From: Prevotella phage Lak-C1
Length of the DNA: 32,000 bases
Sequence record: MK250029.1
Strand: one strand, 5' to 3'
The stretch's first letter is position 1. Every line of letters begins with the position of its first letter. The notes under the pieces were generated by a model, which made no database searches, had not been told where the DNA came from, and was given only the letters and a program-made list of their open reading frames with translations. The position numbers and the translations under genes were made by a program. This document shows positions 19,615 to 31,052 of this stretch, piece by piece.

Positions 19615-20499
19615 TTATGCGTATAAACAATTAAAAAATGTTCCATAAGTATTAAAATATAGAATATCATAATTTAATAGTTCAAATATAAAATCAAATC
19701 CTGTATTTTGAATAATATAATTTTGTTTTACATCATAATCAAATGATAATAATATTTTATTACATTCTATATCTGCTTTTAATTTTGTAGTTACTGAACC
19801 ATTTGTTACATCATATATGTAATAATATATCTTTTGATTTGTTTCTTCAATTAAATCATAAGTAGTGTGTGATATTAATGTGCAATATAAATTAGATGTT
19901 AATTTTATTAAATAATTTTCAACTATATCAAATATTCCTTTTAATTCCATTAACTTAGTTGCTAATAATTTTGCACTTGGTTCAAAACGCGCATAATCAG
20001 ATATTTTCCTTTTATACTCATTAGAAACTACATAAACACAAAACATTAATGTTAAATCATCATTTCTATATGTTTTTTGATTCGATGTAATATTAAAAAA
20101 CTCTAATATTCTATTCTGCTCAGGTTCTTTCCATGCATTAGGATAAAAATAACTTTTATCAGTAGATGTATATAATAACCATCCCTTAATCAAATCAGAT
20201 ATATTTCTATCTTTTGTATACTTCTCTATATACTTTTTTGATCTTAATAACGAGAGATTATATGAAACCTCATCATAATCAATACGTTTAATAATAAAAG
20301 CATCATATACAAGATTTTTAATTTTATCATGGAAATCCGTTGTTATATCTTCATCTGTTAAATCCAACTTATCTAACAGTTCTGACCATAAATTTATATC
20401 AATTGGTCTATTCGAAAATGAATAATTAATTACATTCTTCAATTCATCTTCAGTTAACGGCGATGTTAACATATATTTTATTTTTTCTGATTGTCGCAT
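19615..20499 (-). CDS. hypothetical protein, 294 aa
   Basis: Uninterrupted ORF MRQSEKIKYMLTSPLTEDELKNVINYSFSNRPIDINLWSELLDKLDLTDEDIT.... Confidence 0.85.
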   Translation of the reverse strand: MRQSEKIKYMLTSPLTEDELKNVINYSFSNRPIDINLWSELLDKLDLTDEDITTDFHDKIKNLVYDAFIIKRIDYDEVSYNLSLLRSKKYIEKYTKDRNISDLIKGWLLYTSTDKSYFYPNAWKEPEQNRILEFFNITSNQKTYRNDDLTLMFCVYVVSNEYKRKISDYARFEPSAKLLATKLMELKGIFDIVENYLIKLTSNLYCTLISHTTYDLIEETNQKIYYYIYDVTNGSVTTKLKADIECNKILLSFDYDVKQNYIIQNTGFDFIFELLNYDILYFNTYGTFFNCLYA

Positions 20500-21338
20500 T
20501 TTTCTGATAATGTTTTCATTAATTTATATTTTTGATTTCCAAAATCAATAAATGTATTTAATCTATTTACATCAAAATCAAAATTTTGTTTAAACAATTT
20601 AAAATTTAATCCTTGTTCATTCGGTTGTCTAAGTAAATTACATACATATACACTTATCTTATCATATGAAGATAAACCATATGTTTCTACCAATGCTTTC
20701 TTATAAACATGTAATTGAATTGTATATGTATTCATATCACACTCATCTAACATATATGCAGGTCCTTGTAATTTCTTACCATATCTTGATGATGTTGTTA
20801 TATCATCTGTTGTCTTCCAATCTATTATAATATAAGCATCTGTATTCTCATCATAAAATAAACAATCAAAACGTCCATTAATATGACCATCTTTTGGCGT
20901 TTTACAATATAATGGTAATTCTCGCGCTACATACTTATAATTTGTTTTAGTTAATATAAAATTATAGAAATCATCAAATCCTTTACAGATTGATTTTAAT
21001 CTATCATCATAATCATAACCGTTATCTAACTTCCATAATTCTAATTTTTCTGTTTCTTTATTAAGATTCATACCGGCATAATCATCCAATAAAGAACCAT
21101 ATCTTTTTGACTCTGACGATTTTGCGTGCCATTGTTCAAGGATCTGATTTGCAGTCATACCTGCATATTTATAATTAGGATCATTCAAACCTTTCTTTGA
21201 ACATACTTCTGCTTGAGCTACATCATCAAACTTTACTTTAATATAATCATTACATAATTTTGAAACAGATACACAACCTTTATATTCTGTCTTTATCTAA
21301 TTATTAATATTTTCAATTAATTCTTTAATATTCTTCAT
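20478..21338 (-). CDS. PD-(D/E)XK nuclease superfamily (RecB/Cas4-like), 286 aa (N-terminal TAG)
   Basis: MKNIKELIENINNQIKTEYKGCVSVSKLCNDYIKVKF...HINGRFDCLFYDENTDAYIIIDWKTTDD...YTIQLHVYKKALVETYG: D-(x)n-DWK core plus QLHVYKKAL (QxxxY-like) motif. Confidence 0.8.
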
Positions 21339-21400
21339 ATTAATTTTATATATAATTTATCATTAATTTATAGTAAAAATAATATATAAAGTTTATATAA

Positions 21401-21447
21401 AAATTAAGGGAAATAACACTTACAAAAATGTTATTTCCCTTAATTTA
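21401..21447 (-). terminator. hairpin terminator
   Basis: AAATTAAGGGAAATAACA...TGTTATTTCCCTTAATTT, perfect 18-bp inverted repeat. Confidence 0.7.
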
Positions 21448-21459
21448 ATCATTATATTA

Positions 21460-22302
21460 TTATTTAAAATGTATTAATGCAATAGATAATAATCTTGTAT
21501 TTTTTGTAGTTGATTTAAATGATATATTAGAAAGATCTGCACAATATATATACTTAACATACTCCGAAGTACTTGCATACTATGATGATGTACTATATAA
21601 TTTTGTACTCTATATATTAAATAATTTTCCAAGATTCTTACTAAATGTATGTGCAGAAATACCGCCTGTCTATTCTGGATTATGTTGTTTATCACATAAA
21701 TCTTCTAATATTCTTAATATTTCAAATTTAGAAGGTATATACAAATAATAATCATCTGTACTTTCATTTAATAACTTCTACCATATAGTTTGATTTTTAC
21801 CTACTGATAATTCATTTGTATGCTTTGTAAACATATGTTCTGTACCATCCCATCCATTACCATATATATTTTCTGCATGATATGTATTAAATAAATTAGT
21901 ATTTAAAAACGCCCAACTATATTCATTTTTAAGTCCTGACCAATATGGTGATGCCCATAATCCTTTACCTACGCAAATACCTAAAACTTCTCCATACTAA
22001 TCAGATATATCTGTTATAACATCTGATTTCGGATCCCAGTAATTCTATTCATTTTCATTTGTATTCCATATTGTATACATACCTTTATCATTTTTACTCA
22101 TAATTGCACCAATTATACAAAAATATTGATATATCTATTTTATCTCATCCCTATTATAAGTCATAGGTTTCTTCTATTCTGTTATAATACCAATAGATGA
22201 TAATGTATCTAATACAGTTACTTCTTCCCCTGTATAATAAATTACTGAATTTTTATGAATAACTTTCCCTTCTAAACCATCAAGTTTTTGCAAATATTTC
22301 AT
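21460..22302 (-). CDS. hypothetical protein, 280 aa (TAG-rich)
   Basis: MKYLQKLDGLEGKVIHKNSVIYYTGEEVTVLDTLSSIGIITEQKKPMTYNRDEIKQIYQYFCIIGAIMSKNDKGMYTIW...SIALIHFK*; all breaks are TAG. Confidence 0.75.
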
Positions 22303-22333
22303 TATAACATAATAATTACATTTAATATATTTA

Positions 22334-24001
22334 TTAAATATTCAAATATGTATCTATTACCTATTTGATAACATCTATCTTATTACTCCATATCGGTAAA
22401 TAATTCAAATTATTATCTTTAGCTGTTTTAAATTTTAATGGATCAACTACAGTCCATACATTTATAGCTGCTTCATATTGCTTTGATGTTTCTGCATTCT
22501 ATTTCCAAATATTTAATAACTATATATCATCTTCATTATTTTCGTTAAAAAGATGCTTACCATGCGTCCAATATGCATTTATTTCTATAAATAAATCTAA
22601 TGAATGTATATAGAAATCTACATGAAACGGATAACGTTCATCTACATTTACATTAAACTAAATATCATCTTTATTAAATAATGTCAATAAATATTCATAT
22701 GTTTGATATTCTGATTTTGTCATTCCATTATTTTTATTTTTCTATAAACTCTATGTAATTTTATCATATGTTACTTGATAATAGTTTTTAACAGAACCAT
22801 ATTTCTCTATATATGTTTGCTCTTTTTTCTTTAAAACTTTATTCCAATTTTCATTTGCTTCTGGTGTACCTGATAAATATTTTTCATAGTATGAATCTTT
22901 CATTTTCTTTTTTATTTGTTCATTCTACTATGGATATTCACAACCATATCGTTCTATATTTGTTTCTCGTATTTTCTATTTTATTTCGTCAGATTTACCA
23001 ATATTATCAACACCATATTTTTCTAAATTTGTATTTTTAATTTTATTTTTTATCCCATCATTCTATATAGGTGAAGTCACACCATATTTTTCTAAATTTG
23101 TATTTTTAATTTTATTTTTTATCTCATCATTCTATAATACATATTCAGTACCATATTTTTCTAAACATGTTTGCTTACTTTGTTCTTTTATAATATCTGA
23201 CTATAAAGCGAATTTAACACCATATTTTTCTAACATTGTTTCATAACATTTTTCTCGTATTTCTTTATTCTATAATGGTGATGCATAACCAAAATTCTAA
23301 ATATTTTTTTCTTTTACATAATTCATTATATCTTTATTCTATAATGCATGTTCAACACCATAATGTTTCATCATAGTATCTTTAGATTTTTGCATTTTTA
23401 TTTCTTTTAATTTATTTGCTTCTTCTGTTCCACTATAATATTTTTCATTAAATGTATCTCTTATTTTATTACGCACTTTATCAGATTTCTATGCACATTC
23501 ATTTCCATATTTTTCTAAATTAGTCTATCGTATTTTCTATTTAACTGATTCTAATTTAAAACAATTATCTACCCCATATTTTTCTATCATATTATTTTTA
23601 ATCTTGTCTCTAAATTCCTTTGATTCTAATGTATTCTTTACACCATAACGTTTTAACATTGTTTCTTTGGCTTTATTATTCCAAAATTTATAGCCTTCTG
23701 GTGATTTCTAACATTTTTTTGAACAATATGTACCATATTTAGAAGTATATGGTATTCTGTTTCCACATATAGGACATTTTGGTATTATTTCTATATGGTG
23801 TTCTATACGATAAACTATTTCTTTTAATGTTGTATTTTCATCTATATCATTAAATCTATTAATTAAATAATCATATACATTTTTGTTTTCTCTATTTATG
23901 TAATTTTTATTAAAACGTCTAGATACATATTTTCCATTACATTTAAAAAATTTTAAAATATATTCATCTGTTATATTATTCATATATTTAATTATATTCA
24001 T
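22334..24001 (-). CDS. large repeat-containing nuclease-like protein, 555 aa; paralogue of 26911-28122 (TAG=Gln)
   Basis: N-terminal CPICGNRIPYTSKYGTYCSKKC, repeated 'KxxxTNLEKYGVxxPLQNxEI' modules, C-terminal FIEINAYWTHG...WTVVDPLKF...NNLNYLPIW domain; open except for many TAGs. Confidence 0.85.
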
Positions 24002-24060
24002 TTATATATTTATCTGTTTACTCTGTTAAAATAAGGGATTTTCATATTTATTTTTACATA

Positions 24061-24102
24061 AAAGATAAGAGCTAGATATTTTATATCTAGCTCTTATCTT
24101 TT
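24061..24102 (-). terminator. hairpin terminator
   Basis: AAGATAAGAGCTAGATA-TTTTA-TATCTAGCTCTTATCTTTT, 17-bp perfect stem with T-tract. Confidence 0.8.
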
Positions 24103-24106
24103 ATTT

Positions 24107-25399
24107 TTATTTTATTGTTGCATCTGCAATAGGATCATTTTCATCATTCTCATCATTAGTTGTACCTAATGAATTTTCAATATCTTTAATATCATCAAAT
24201 GAATTTTGATCTGGTAATTGAAATGCCGGTTTTATAACATTTTCATCTAGCTCTTTTAAAAATTCTGGTGTAAATACAGTATCTGAAAAGAATTCGATAA
24301 AATTAACTTGTCTACCTAAGTGGCGGCATACAATTCCACGAGCTGTATCCTTTTCTTGACAATACAGTGTTTGACCATCATAACTAAAAACATGTATTTT
24401 TTCTTTTTCAGAATCACTTAATTTATTATAATCTCTTTCTGATATTAGACTACCTCTACATACACCTGAATTATCCCATGTCATATATTGCTCTATACCT
24501 ACATAAGGTGACGGTTTTTTAAAAAATGGAATCTAAAAAGTTACTGGGCGAGTAATAACAAAACGACTTTTCTGAGGCTTTGCTGTTACTAAGATACCAT
24601 TTTTTGTAACTTTACCTGCTTGCTTTGCAGCTTTTTCATCATTTTCTTTATCTACTAATTTAGACTTAAATAATTCAATAGTCAAACTGGAATTATAAAT
24701 GATACCACTACCACCGCTAACGACATTACCAGGACTAAACATATTCATACTTGCATATACATGAGAAACAACTACCCATGGAATCTGTAATCTTGCAATA
24801 GGTGTAGCATTTACTCTAAACATCGCTTTAATTTCCTGTTGTTTTGTCATATCACGTTTTTGATTTCCTGATAATGTATCATCGCGTTCCTTCTCAGAAG
24901 TTAAGTTTCCTAATGAATCAAGAACTATAATTATCTTATCATGTTGACCATATTTTTCATCTTGTTCTTGTAATTTTTTACAAAGATTCGCAATAAATCT
25001 TGATGTCTCTGTAATTGTATTAACCTGTTTAATAATAAATTTTGTCGGATCAGCACCGAGACGTCTTACAAATTCACTATCATATGCACCTTCTGAATCT
25101 AACACAATTGGAGTATACCCCATTTTCTATGCTTCTCTACATATAGAAACAGCTAAATAACTTTTTGCACAACCACTTTCTCCTACTAATGTTGTTACAC
25201 GTCCAGTTGGCACACCAGAAAATAATGAACCACCCATACATGCATTAAGCATTAAATTTCCTGTAGGAATCCATTCTTTAATATTAGAATATGCAGAATC
25301 TGCAATAATTTCTGCTTCACTATCTATACTACTTACCATTGACATTATTGAACCAATACCACCATCAAAATCTTCACTTGACTACTTTTTCTTTGCCAT
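24107..25399 (-). CDS. RecA/UvsX-like recombinase, 430 aa (three in-frame TAG)
   Basis: MAKKKQSSEDFDGGIGSIMSMVSSIDS...TGRVTTLVGESGCAKSYLAVSICREA[Q]KMGYTPIVLDSEGAYDSEFVRRLG...IIIVLDSLGNLTSEKERDD...: Walker A (GESGCAKS) and Walker B (IIIVLDSLG) present. Track ORFs 24107-24484, 24533-25123 and 25127-25345 are fragments of one gene. Confidence 0.93.
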
Positions 25400-25468
25400 A
25401 ATATTAAATTACGTTAATTTTATATTTTATATATATTATATTCATATTTTTATAATTTGTTTAGAAAA

Positions 25469-25505
25469 TAATAGCATCTAAAATACTAAATCTTAGATGC
25501 TATTA
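25469..25505 (-). terminator. hairpin terminator
   Basis: TAATAGCATCTAA...TTAGATGCTATTA inverted repeat after the SSB gene. Confidence 0.65.
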
Positions 25506-25524
25506 ATATATGTTAAATTAAAAA

Positions 25525-26670
25525 TTACATAATTCCTGTAAGAACGTCATCAAGACTCATATTTGATGCAGGATTAGTTGGAGCTGCTGCAGGAACTCCA
25601 CCATTAAGAATTGAATCAAGTTCACCATTTCCAACACCTGGAATATTAGCGGCATTAAAACCACCTGGTGTTGTCTGATTCATTGATGTTGCATCTGCAC
25701 CCATCTCAAGACCTGTAACTGGTGCAGTAGGCATTGATGTCGGCATTACTGGTTGTGCAGGAGCTGCTGGAGATACTGGAGATACCTGTGGCTGCATAGC
25801 TGGTTGCATATATGGATTTGCTGCTGGCATTGCTGCTGCCTGCATTCCTGTTGCTGCTTGCATTGAAGCCTGTGGATTTGTATAAATCTTAATACAAGAA
25901 TTTACAAAATTAGTAGTCTCTGATGTCCATGCATGATATTCATATGGTGCAAGTGAAGGACAATTTTCTTTAAGATAATTAAGAACAAGTGGTTTAACAT
26001 CAGGATTCTGTGCAATAACTTCCTGTGTAATAACTTGCCAATTTTCCTGTCCCTGCGCATTCTTAACCTGAATACGAAGAGCACCATCCTGTGGTTGAAG
26101 ATCAATAAACTGAGAATCATCAAAATTATTGAAATTTGATACCAACTTACACTTTACATAGAAAGGACGACCAACAAACATATTAAATGGATTTCTTGGT
26201 GTACCCATTGGTGGATTCATTTCATTATAAATCTTCTCATGGATCTTAATACCATAACGCCAAACAAGAATCTTTCCAACTAGTTGAGGCTCTGCCTTAC
26301 ATGAAAGAATCTGAATAAGCGATGCATAACGCTGACGACGTGAAAAATGTTTTGAATTTTCCTTAAGAACCGGATTATCACTATTACGAAGTGCAAAGAA
26401 TGTGTCCTGAAGAATATCAGGCTGACCAACTGTAGATGGACAATCAACCTCCATCTGAGCATTTGTCAAAGGATTCTTAAGGAATACTGTATTCTTTGAA
26501 ACGATAGATTTGTTAGAAGGATCTTCTGGATTTGGAATAAAGCGAATTACTGCATCATAAACCTGTCCCTGACCCTTCTTTGCTGCTGGTTTCCATTCAG
26601 TAATTTGCTGTTGCTCTACCTAAATTGTAGGAGCTGCGTTAAACAATTCATCGAGTAAATCTTTAGCCAT
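25525..26670 (-). CDS. gp32-like single-stranded DNA-binding protein, 381 aa (one in-frame TAG)
   Basis: MAKDLLDELFNAAPTIQVEQQQITEWKPAAKKGQGQVYDAVIRFIPNPEDPSNKSIVSKNTVFLKNPLT...NPFNMFVGRPFYVKCKLVSNFNNFDDSQF...LDDVLTGIM; low-complexity Pro/Ala/Met tail, adjacent to recA/uvsX. Confidence 0.7.
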
Positions 26671-26910
26671 AACTTTAAATACTTTAATTTTTCTTTTCTT
26701 TTTGTTAAATTTTTAAAACTTTAATTACTTTAAATCTTTTGTGCACTTAAACTTAAAAAATAAATAAATCTTAAAATATTATAAATTGAACTAAACACTC
26801 TTTGACTCATTTAATCATCGTGTTTCGTTCTAATTTATATTTTATATATTATTTATCTAAAATTGTTTATAAAAAATCTAAAATATAAATAAAAAATATA
26901 TTTTTTATTT

Positions 26911-28122
26911 ATGTCAAATCAAGAACTAATAGAATATTTAACTGATAATAGTGGAGAATATAATAAACGTATAAACAGAAAATACTTAGAAATTCATGAT
27001 TTAAACATATTACATATATTATATAATGTATATGATGATCTGTCTAAAGAAACTCCCGTATATGAAATATATTACCGGTTAAAAAATAATTTAAAAAAAC
27101 GACCAGTATGTATTATTTGTGGAAAACCAGTAAAATATACTTCTGGCCATTATGCAAAATTTTGTAGTAAAGAATGTCAATATTCAGATTTAGGTAAAAA
27201 AATAACAAAAGAAATAAAAATAAAATCAAATTTAGAAAAGTATGGAGTTGAACATACGTCTCAATTAAAGGGTGTAACAGATAAACGTACAAAAAGTCGA
27301 GCAGATCACGTTAATAAAATACAATAGCATGTTCGTGAATCATTATATAAAAAATATGGAGCATATGATGTTATGCATATTCCTCATATTTTATAGAAAA
27401 TAAAAGATACAAATTTAAAAAAATATGGAGTTGAATTTCCTTTACAATAGTTAAAAAAAGAAAATAGTGAAATTTATTAGAAAATTTCGCAAACATGTAT
27501 TAATAAATTTGGTGTAGACTCTCCATTAAAGAATAAAGAAGTTAGAGAAAAAATTAAACAAACCAATATACAGAAATATGGAGTTGATTATCTTTTTAAA
27601 AGTAATATTATAAAAGAAAAAATTAAGCAAACAAATATATAGAAATACGGAGTTGATAATCCATTAAAAAATAAAGAGATATGGAAAAAATCACAAGATA
27701 ATAGACAAATATCTTCAAAATCAAAATTAGAAAATAATTTTTTAAATTATTTAAAATTAAAATATGAATCAGATGATATTATTACATAGTATAAATCTAA
27801 AGAATATCCATATTATTGTGATTTTTATATAAAGTCCATTAACTTATATATAGAAATTCAAGGTCATTGGACTCATAACGATCATCCGTTTGATATTAAT
27901 AATTTAAATGACTAGTTAATAATGAATAAATGGCGTACCAAATCATTATCTGACAAATATTATAAAAATGCTTTAAATACATGGACGATAAAAGACGTAG
28001 AAAAGCGAAATACTGCTATATAGAATAATCTAAATTATTTAGAAATATTTGGAAAAACAGATTTAAATAAGTATATAGATATATTTGAAAACTATATTAA
28101 AAATATGGAGAATAATACATAA
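26911..28122 (+). CDS. repeat-containing nuclease-like/homing-type protein, 403 aa (8 in-frame TAG)
   Basis: MSNQELIEYLTDNSGEYNKRINRKYLEIHDLNILHILYNVYDDLSKETPVYEIYYRLKNNLKKRPVCIICGKPVKYTSGHYAKFCSKEC...TNIQKYGVDYLFKS...TNI[TAG]KYGVDNPLKNKEIW...LYIEIQGHWTHNDHPFDINNLND[TAG]LIMNKWR...NTAI[TAG]NNLNYLEIF. Confidence 0.88.
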
Positions 28123-28133
28123 TTATTCTCCAT
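28104..28133. terminator. bidirectional terminator hairpin between convergent genes, overlapping the stop codon
   Basis: ATGGAGAATAATACATAATTATTCTCCAT, 12-bp inverted repeat. Confidence 0.6.
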
Positions 28134-28139
28134 ATTTTA

Positions 28140-28745
28140 TTAAAATTCAATAATACTATTAAATATATTATGAAGATATTCCTTATATTCTGTTTTACCA
28201 TTATTTACATTAATAAGTTCCTTATTTGTTAATAAAGACATACAAAAAGCCTATTGAAATAAAATACATTCTTTGTTAATAAGTTCTTTATTTGAATTTG
28301 ATAATGATAAATTATCTTCATGTTCTAACAAAAATTCTGGATCACCAACTAATACATATAGAAATATGTTTTCTTTACCAAATATTTTAGAAATTTTATA
28401 ATCCATTACAATATTGTCTTCTGTTATTTCTTGATATGTTCTATTTCTATATAATGGACCATAGACATATTCAGAAATCCAGCCTCTATCTAATATGATG
28501 TAATCATACATATCAGAATTATATAATGTATTAAGTTGTTTTACTAATATATCTGTATAATACATATGTGAATAATGTGGAATATCTTCTTTCTTTATTT
28601 CCTTCGGTGGTTTTTCAAGATGAATAATATTCACATTCATATTCAACTAATCCTACAAAACCGATGTGATCCGGTTAATTAATGTAGTTTTACCGGTATT
28701 ATCCATACCGTCTATTATAATAAGTTTTGTATCTTTCTATCTCAT
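28140..28745 (-). CDS. P-loop deoxynucleoside monophosphate (thymidylate-like) kinase, 201 aa (TAG=Gln)
   Basis: MRQKDTKLIIIDGMDNTGKTTLINRITSVLQDQLNMNVNIIHLEKPPK...YDYIILDRGWISEYVYGPLY...FLYVLVGDPEFL...; Walker A GMDNTGKTT and DR(G/Y) motif. The Walker A region is missing from the track ORF. Confidence 0.85.
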
Positions 28746-28749
28746 ATTT

Positions 28750-29619
28750 TTATGAAAAATAATAATTTATACGTATATTGTCCGATGATATATAACCATA
28801 AATTTCATCTACTAATCGATGAATAATAACAATTTCATCATTTAATGTTTGAATATCATTAAACGGTTCATCAAATAATGAATCTATGTTTTCTTCATAA
28901 TCATAACTTTCTGTATCATAATCTGTGTCATCCGACATTTCATTTACTTCTGGTTCTTGCTCTGATTCAACTTCTGGTTCTGTATCTTCACCATTTAATT
29001 TACTATATATTTTATCTATTTTTTTATCTATAGTCTTAAGTTGATCATTAAGAATTGTTGTCTTAATCTTATTCTTGAAATCCTCAATCTCCCTATTATG
29101 AATAGAGTAGAGCTCTGATAATAAAACATATGTTCTATTATAGATATAATTGTCATCTAAACATAATTCTTTCCTTGTTTCTTCAGAACAATCTTCTGGA
29201 ATACCTCGATTAATGATATTATACTTATCTTCATACCATCTTGAAAGATAAACATCTCTGATTGAACCACCGTTATCACAATATTCAGAAATCTTTTTTA
29301 CTTCTTCCTGTTTCCCATTATTATTTGAAATTATTTCAAATTTATCAGTATGTGAATGAGGATTATTTAATACCCAATATTTTACCAAATGCCATTTATA
29401 ATCGCATGTTTTCATTTTCTCCCAATATTCTGGAATACCATCAATTTCATGTGCAATATGAAATTTTCTATATGGATATTCATTATCTGAATTAACTCTA
29501 TAAACATCATATGGTAATAATGTTTTCTTATCTATCTTATTTAGACTTTCTTCATTCCATACATATCCTTTAACACATGGTAATTTTACCTCTATAACTC
29601 TTGTTACGTATGTACTCAT
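28750..29619 (-). CDS. hypothetical protein, 289 aa
   Basis: Uninterrupted ORF MSTYVTRVIEVKLPCVKGYVWNEESLNKIDKK..., acidic C-terminal part. Confidence 0.85.
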   Translation of the reverse strand: MSTYVTRVIEVKLPCVKGYVWNEESLNKIDKKTLLPYDVYRVNSDNEYPYRKFHIAHEIDGIPEYWEKMKTCDYKWHLVKYWVLNNPHSHTDKFEIISNNNGKQEEVKKISEYCDNGGSIRDVYLSRWYEDKYNIINRGIPEDCSEETRKELCLDDNYIYNRTYVLLSELYSIHNREIEDFKNKIKTTILNDQLKTIDKKIDKIYSKLNGEDTEPEVESEQEPEVNEMSDDTDYDTESYDYEENIDSLFDEPFNDIQTLNDEIVIIHRLVDEIYGYISSDNIRINYYFS

Positions 29620-29705
29620 TATACTTTAAATCTATTTTTCTATAATTTATATTAAAAGAAATAGGTATTGTTTGAAAACAATATTCTTAAATATAAATAA
29701 ATATA

Positions 29706-30116
29706 TTGATAACAAAAAAAAACATATATTTTATAATGGATAAAAATAAAAAACGTGCATTATACGAAGCTATAATGAAAGATGTTTCAAAAACAATAAA
29801 GAGAAAGATCAACGAAAATGTTGAGGATTCTGAAGCAGATGAATTACTTGATACATTAACTGATGATGATGTATTCTATATCATGCATGAAGAAACATAT
29901 CGTAAACATCGTAATGCTCTAGCTGATAGAGGACAATGTTTTAAAATCGATGGTATGATTGTTTTTGTTCCTTCTATTGATGATCAATATTTCTATGTTC
30001 AGCTTAATGAGCAATTAATTAAAATGAGAGATTATAATTTCTTTACTGTTGCAACATGTGCATCAGATGGAGATGACCTTATTGGAAATATTCGTATGTA
30101 TTGTAATTTACTTTAA
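29706..30116 (+). CDS. hypothetical protein, ~136 aa (start may be at an internal ATG, e.g. 29737)
   Basis: MDKNKKRALYEAIMKDVSKTIKRKINENVEDSEADELLDTLTDDDVFYIMHEETYRKHRNALADRGQCFKIDGMIVFVPSIDDQYF... Confidence 0.8.
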   Translation: MITKKNIYFIMDKNKKRALYEAIMKDVSKTIKRKINENVEDSEADELLDTLTDDDVFYIMHEETYRKHRNALADRGQCFKIDGMIVFVPSIDDQYFYVQLNEQLIKMRDYNFFTVATCASDGDDLIGNIRMYCNLL

Positions 30117-30126
30117 TTAATAATTA

Positions 30127-30166
30127 AATATGGAGATTAATAAAACTAGTCTCCATATTTTCATTT
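30127..30166 (+). terminator. hairpin terminator with T-rich tail
   Basis: AATATGGAGATTAATAAAACTAGTCTCCATATTTTCATTTT. Confidence 0.65.
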
Positions 30167-30201
30167 TAAATAAATATTTAAAACATATATTTCTCTTAAT
30201 C

Positions 30202-31008
30202 ATGGAAATTAATGAAGTAAATACTATTATAGATAAAATATATCCAAATCAAATAAACCTGAAATCTTTTAATTTTAAAAAAGAGTTGAATCCTAAAATA
30301 TGGAAAAATGGAAAATTAAAAGATAACATAAGAAAACGCTTAATAAAAATTGCAAAAGAATTTGTTGAATCTACTGAATTAGATTTCATTCCAGTAGATA
30401 TTGTTATCGTTGGCTCTATTGCATCATTTAATTGGTCAAAATATTCTGATATTGATTTACATATAATTACAGATTTCAAATAGTTAAATGATAATGTAGA
30501 TTTAGTAAAAAATTATTTATATGCAAAAAAATGTGAATGGAATAATAAGCATAATAATATAAAAATATATGGTTATGACGTAGAATTATATGCATAGGAT
30601 ATATCAGAACAAAATGAAAGTAATGGTATATATTCTGTTAAATATAGTCATTGGTTAAAAATTCCTGCATATAAACATAAGAAATTAGATAAAGATGCGA
30701 TAAAAGAAATTGCTTCTATGTATATTAATAAAATAGAATATTATAACAGAAAATATGATGAATTAAATAGTGATAAATCTATTTTATTATTATAGTCTAA
30801 AGTTGATTATTTATATGATTCTATTATATAGGGTAGAAAAAAATCATTACCAATTGATGGTGAACAAGCAACAGGGAATATTGTATTTAAAGTATTAAGA
30901 AGAAGTGGACATTTAGAAATGTTAAATAATCTAAAAACAAAAATATTTGACCGATTGAATTCTATTGAAGAAACATTTAAAGTTGATGATGATAAATTAA
31001 TAATATAA
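30202..31008 (+). CDS. nucleotidyltransferase-domain protein (Pol beta superfamily), 268 aa (TAG=Gln)
   Basis: IPVDIVIVGSIASFNWSKYSDIDLHIITDF[TAG]LNDNVDLVKNYLYAKKCEWNNKHNNIKIYGYDVELYAQD...: GS-x(8)-SDIDLH motif; ends TAA at 31008. Confidence 0.8.
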
Positions 31009-31052
31009 AAATAAGGGATTTAAATATACCAAATATTTAAATCCCTTATTTA
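31009..31052. terminator. bidirectional hairpin terminator between convergent genes
   Basis: AATAAGGGATTTAAATAT-ACCAA-ATATTTAAATCCCTTATT. Confidence 0.7.

Noticed and set aside
22334-24001. Repeated DNA in this gene considered as CRISPR or tandem noncoding repeats
   Set aside because: The repeats are imperfect, in-frame protein modules with no invariant repeat-spacer pattern.
24107-25345. Three separate ORFs interpreted as a frameshifted or degraded recA pseudogene
   Set aside because: All fragments are in the same frame and separated only by TAG codons. Reading TAG as Gln gives one intact protein.
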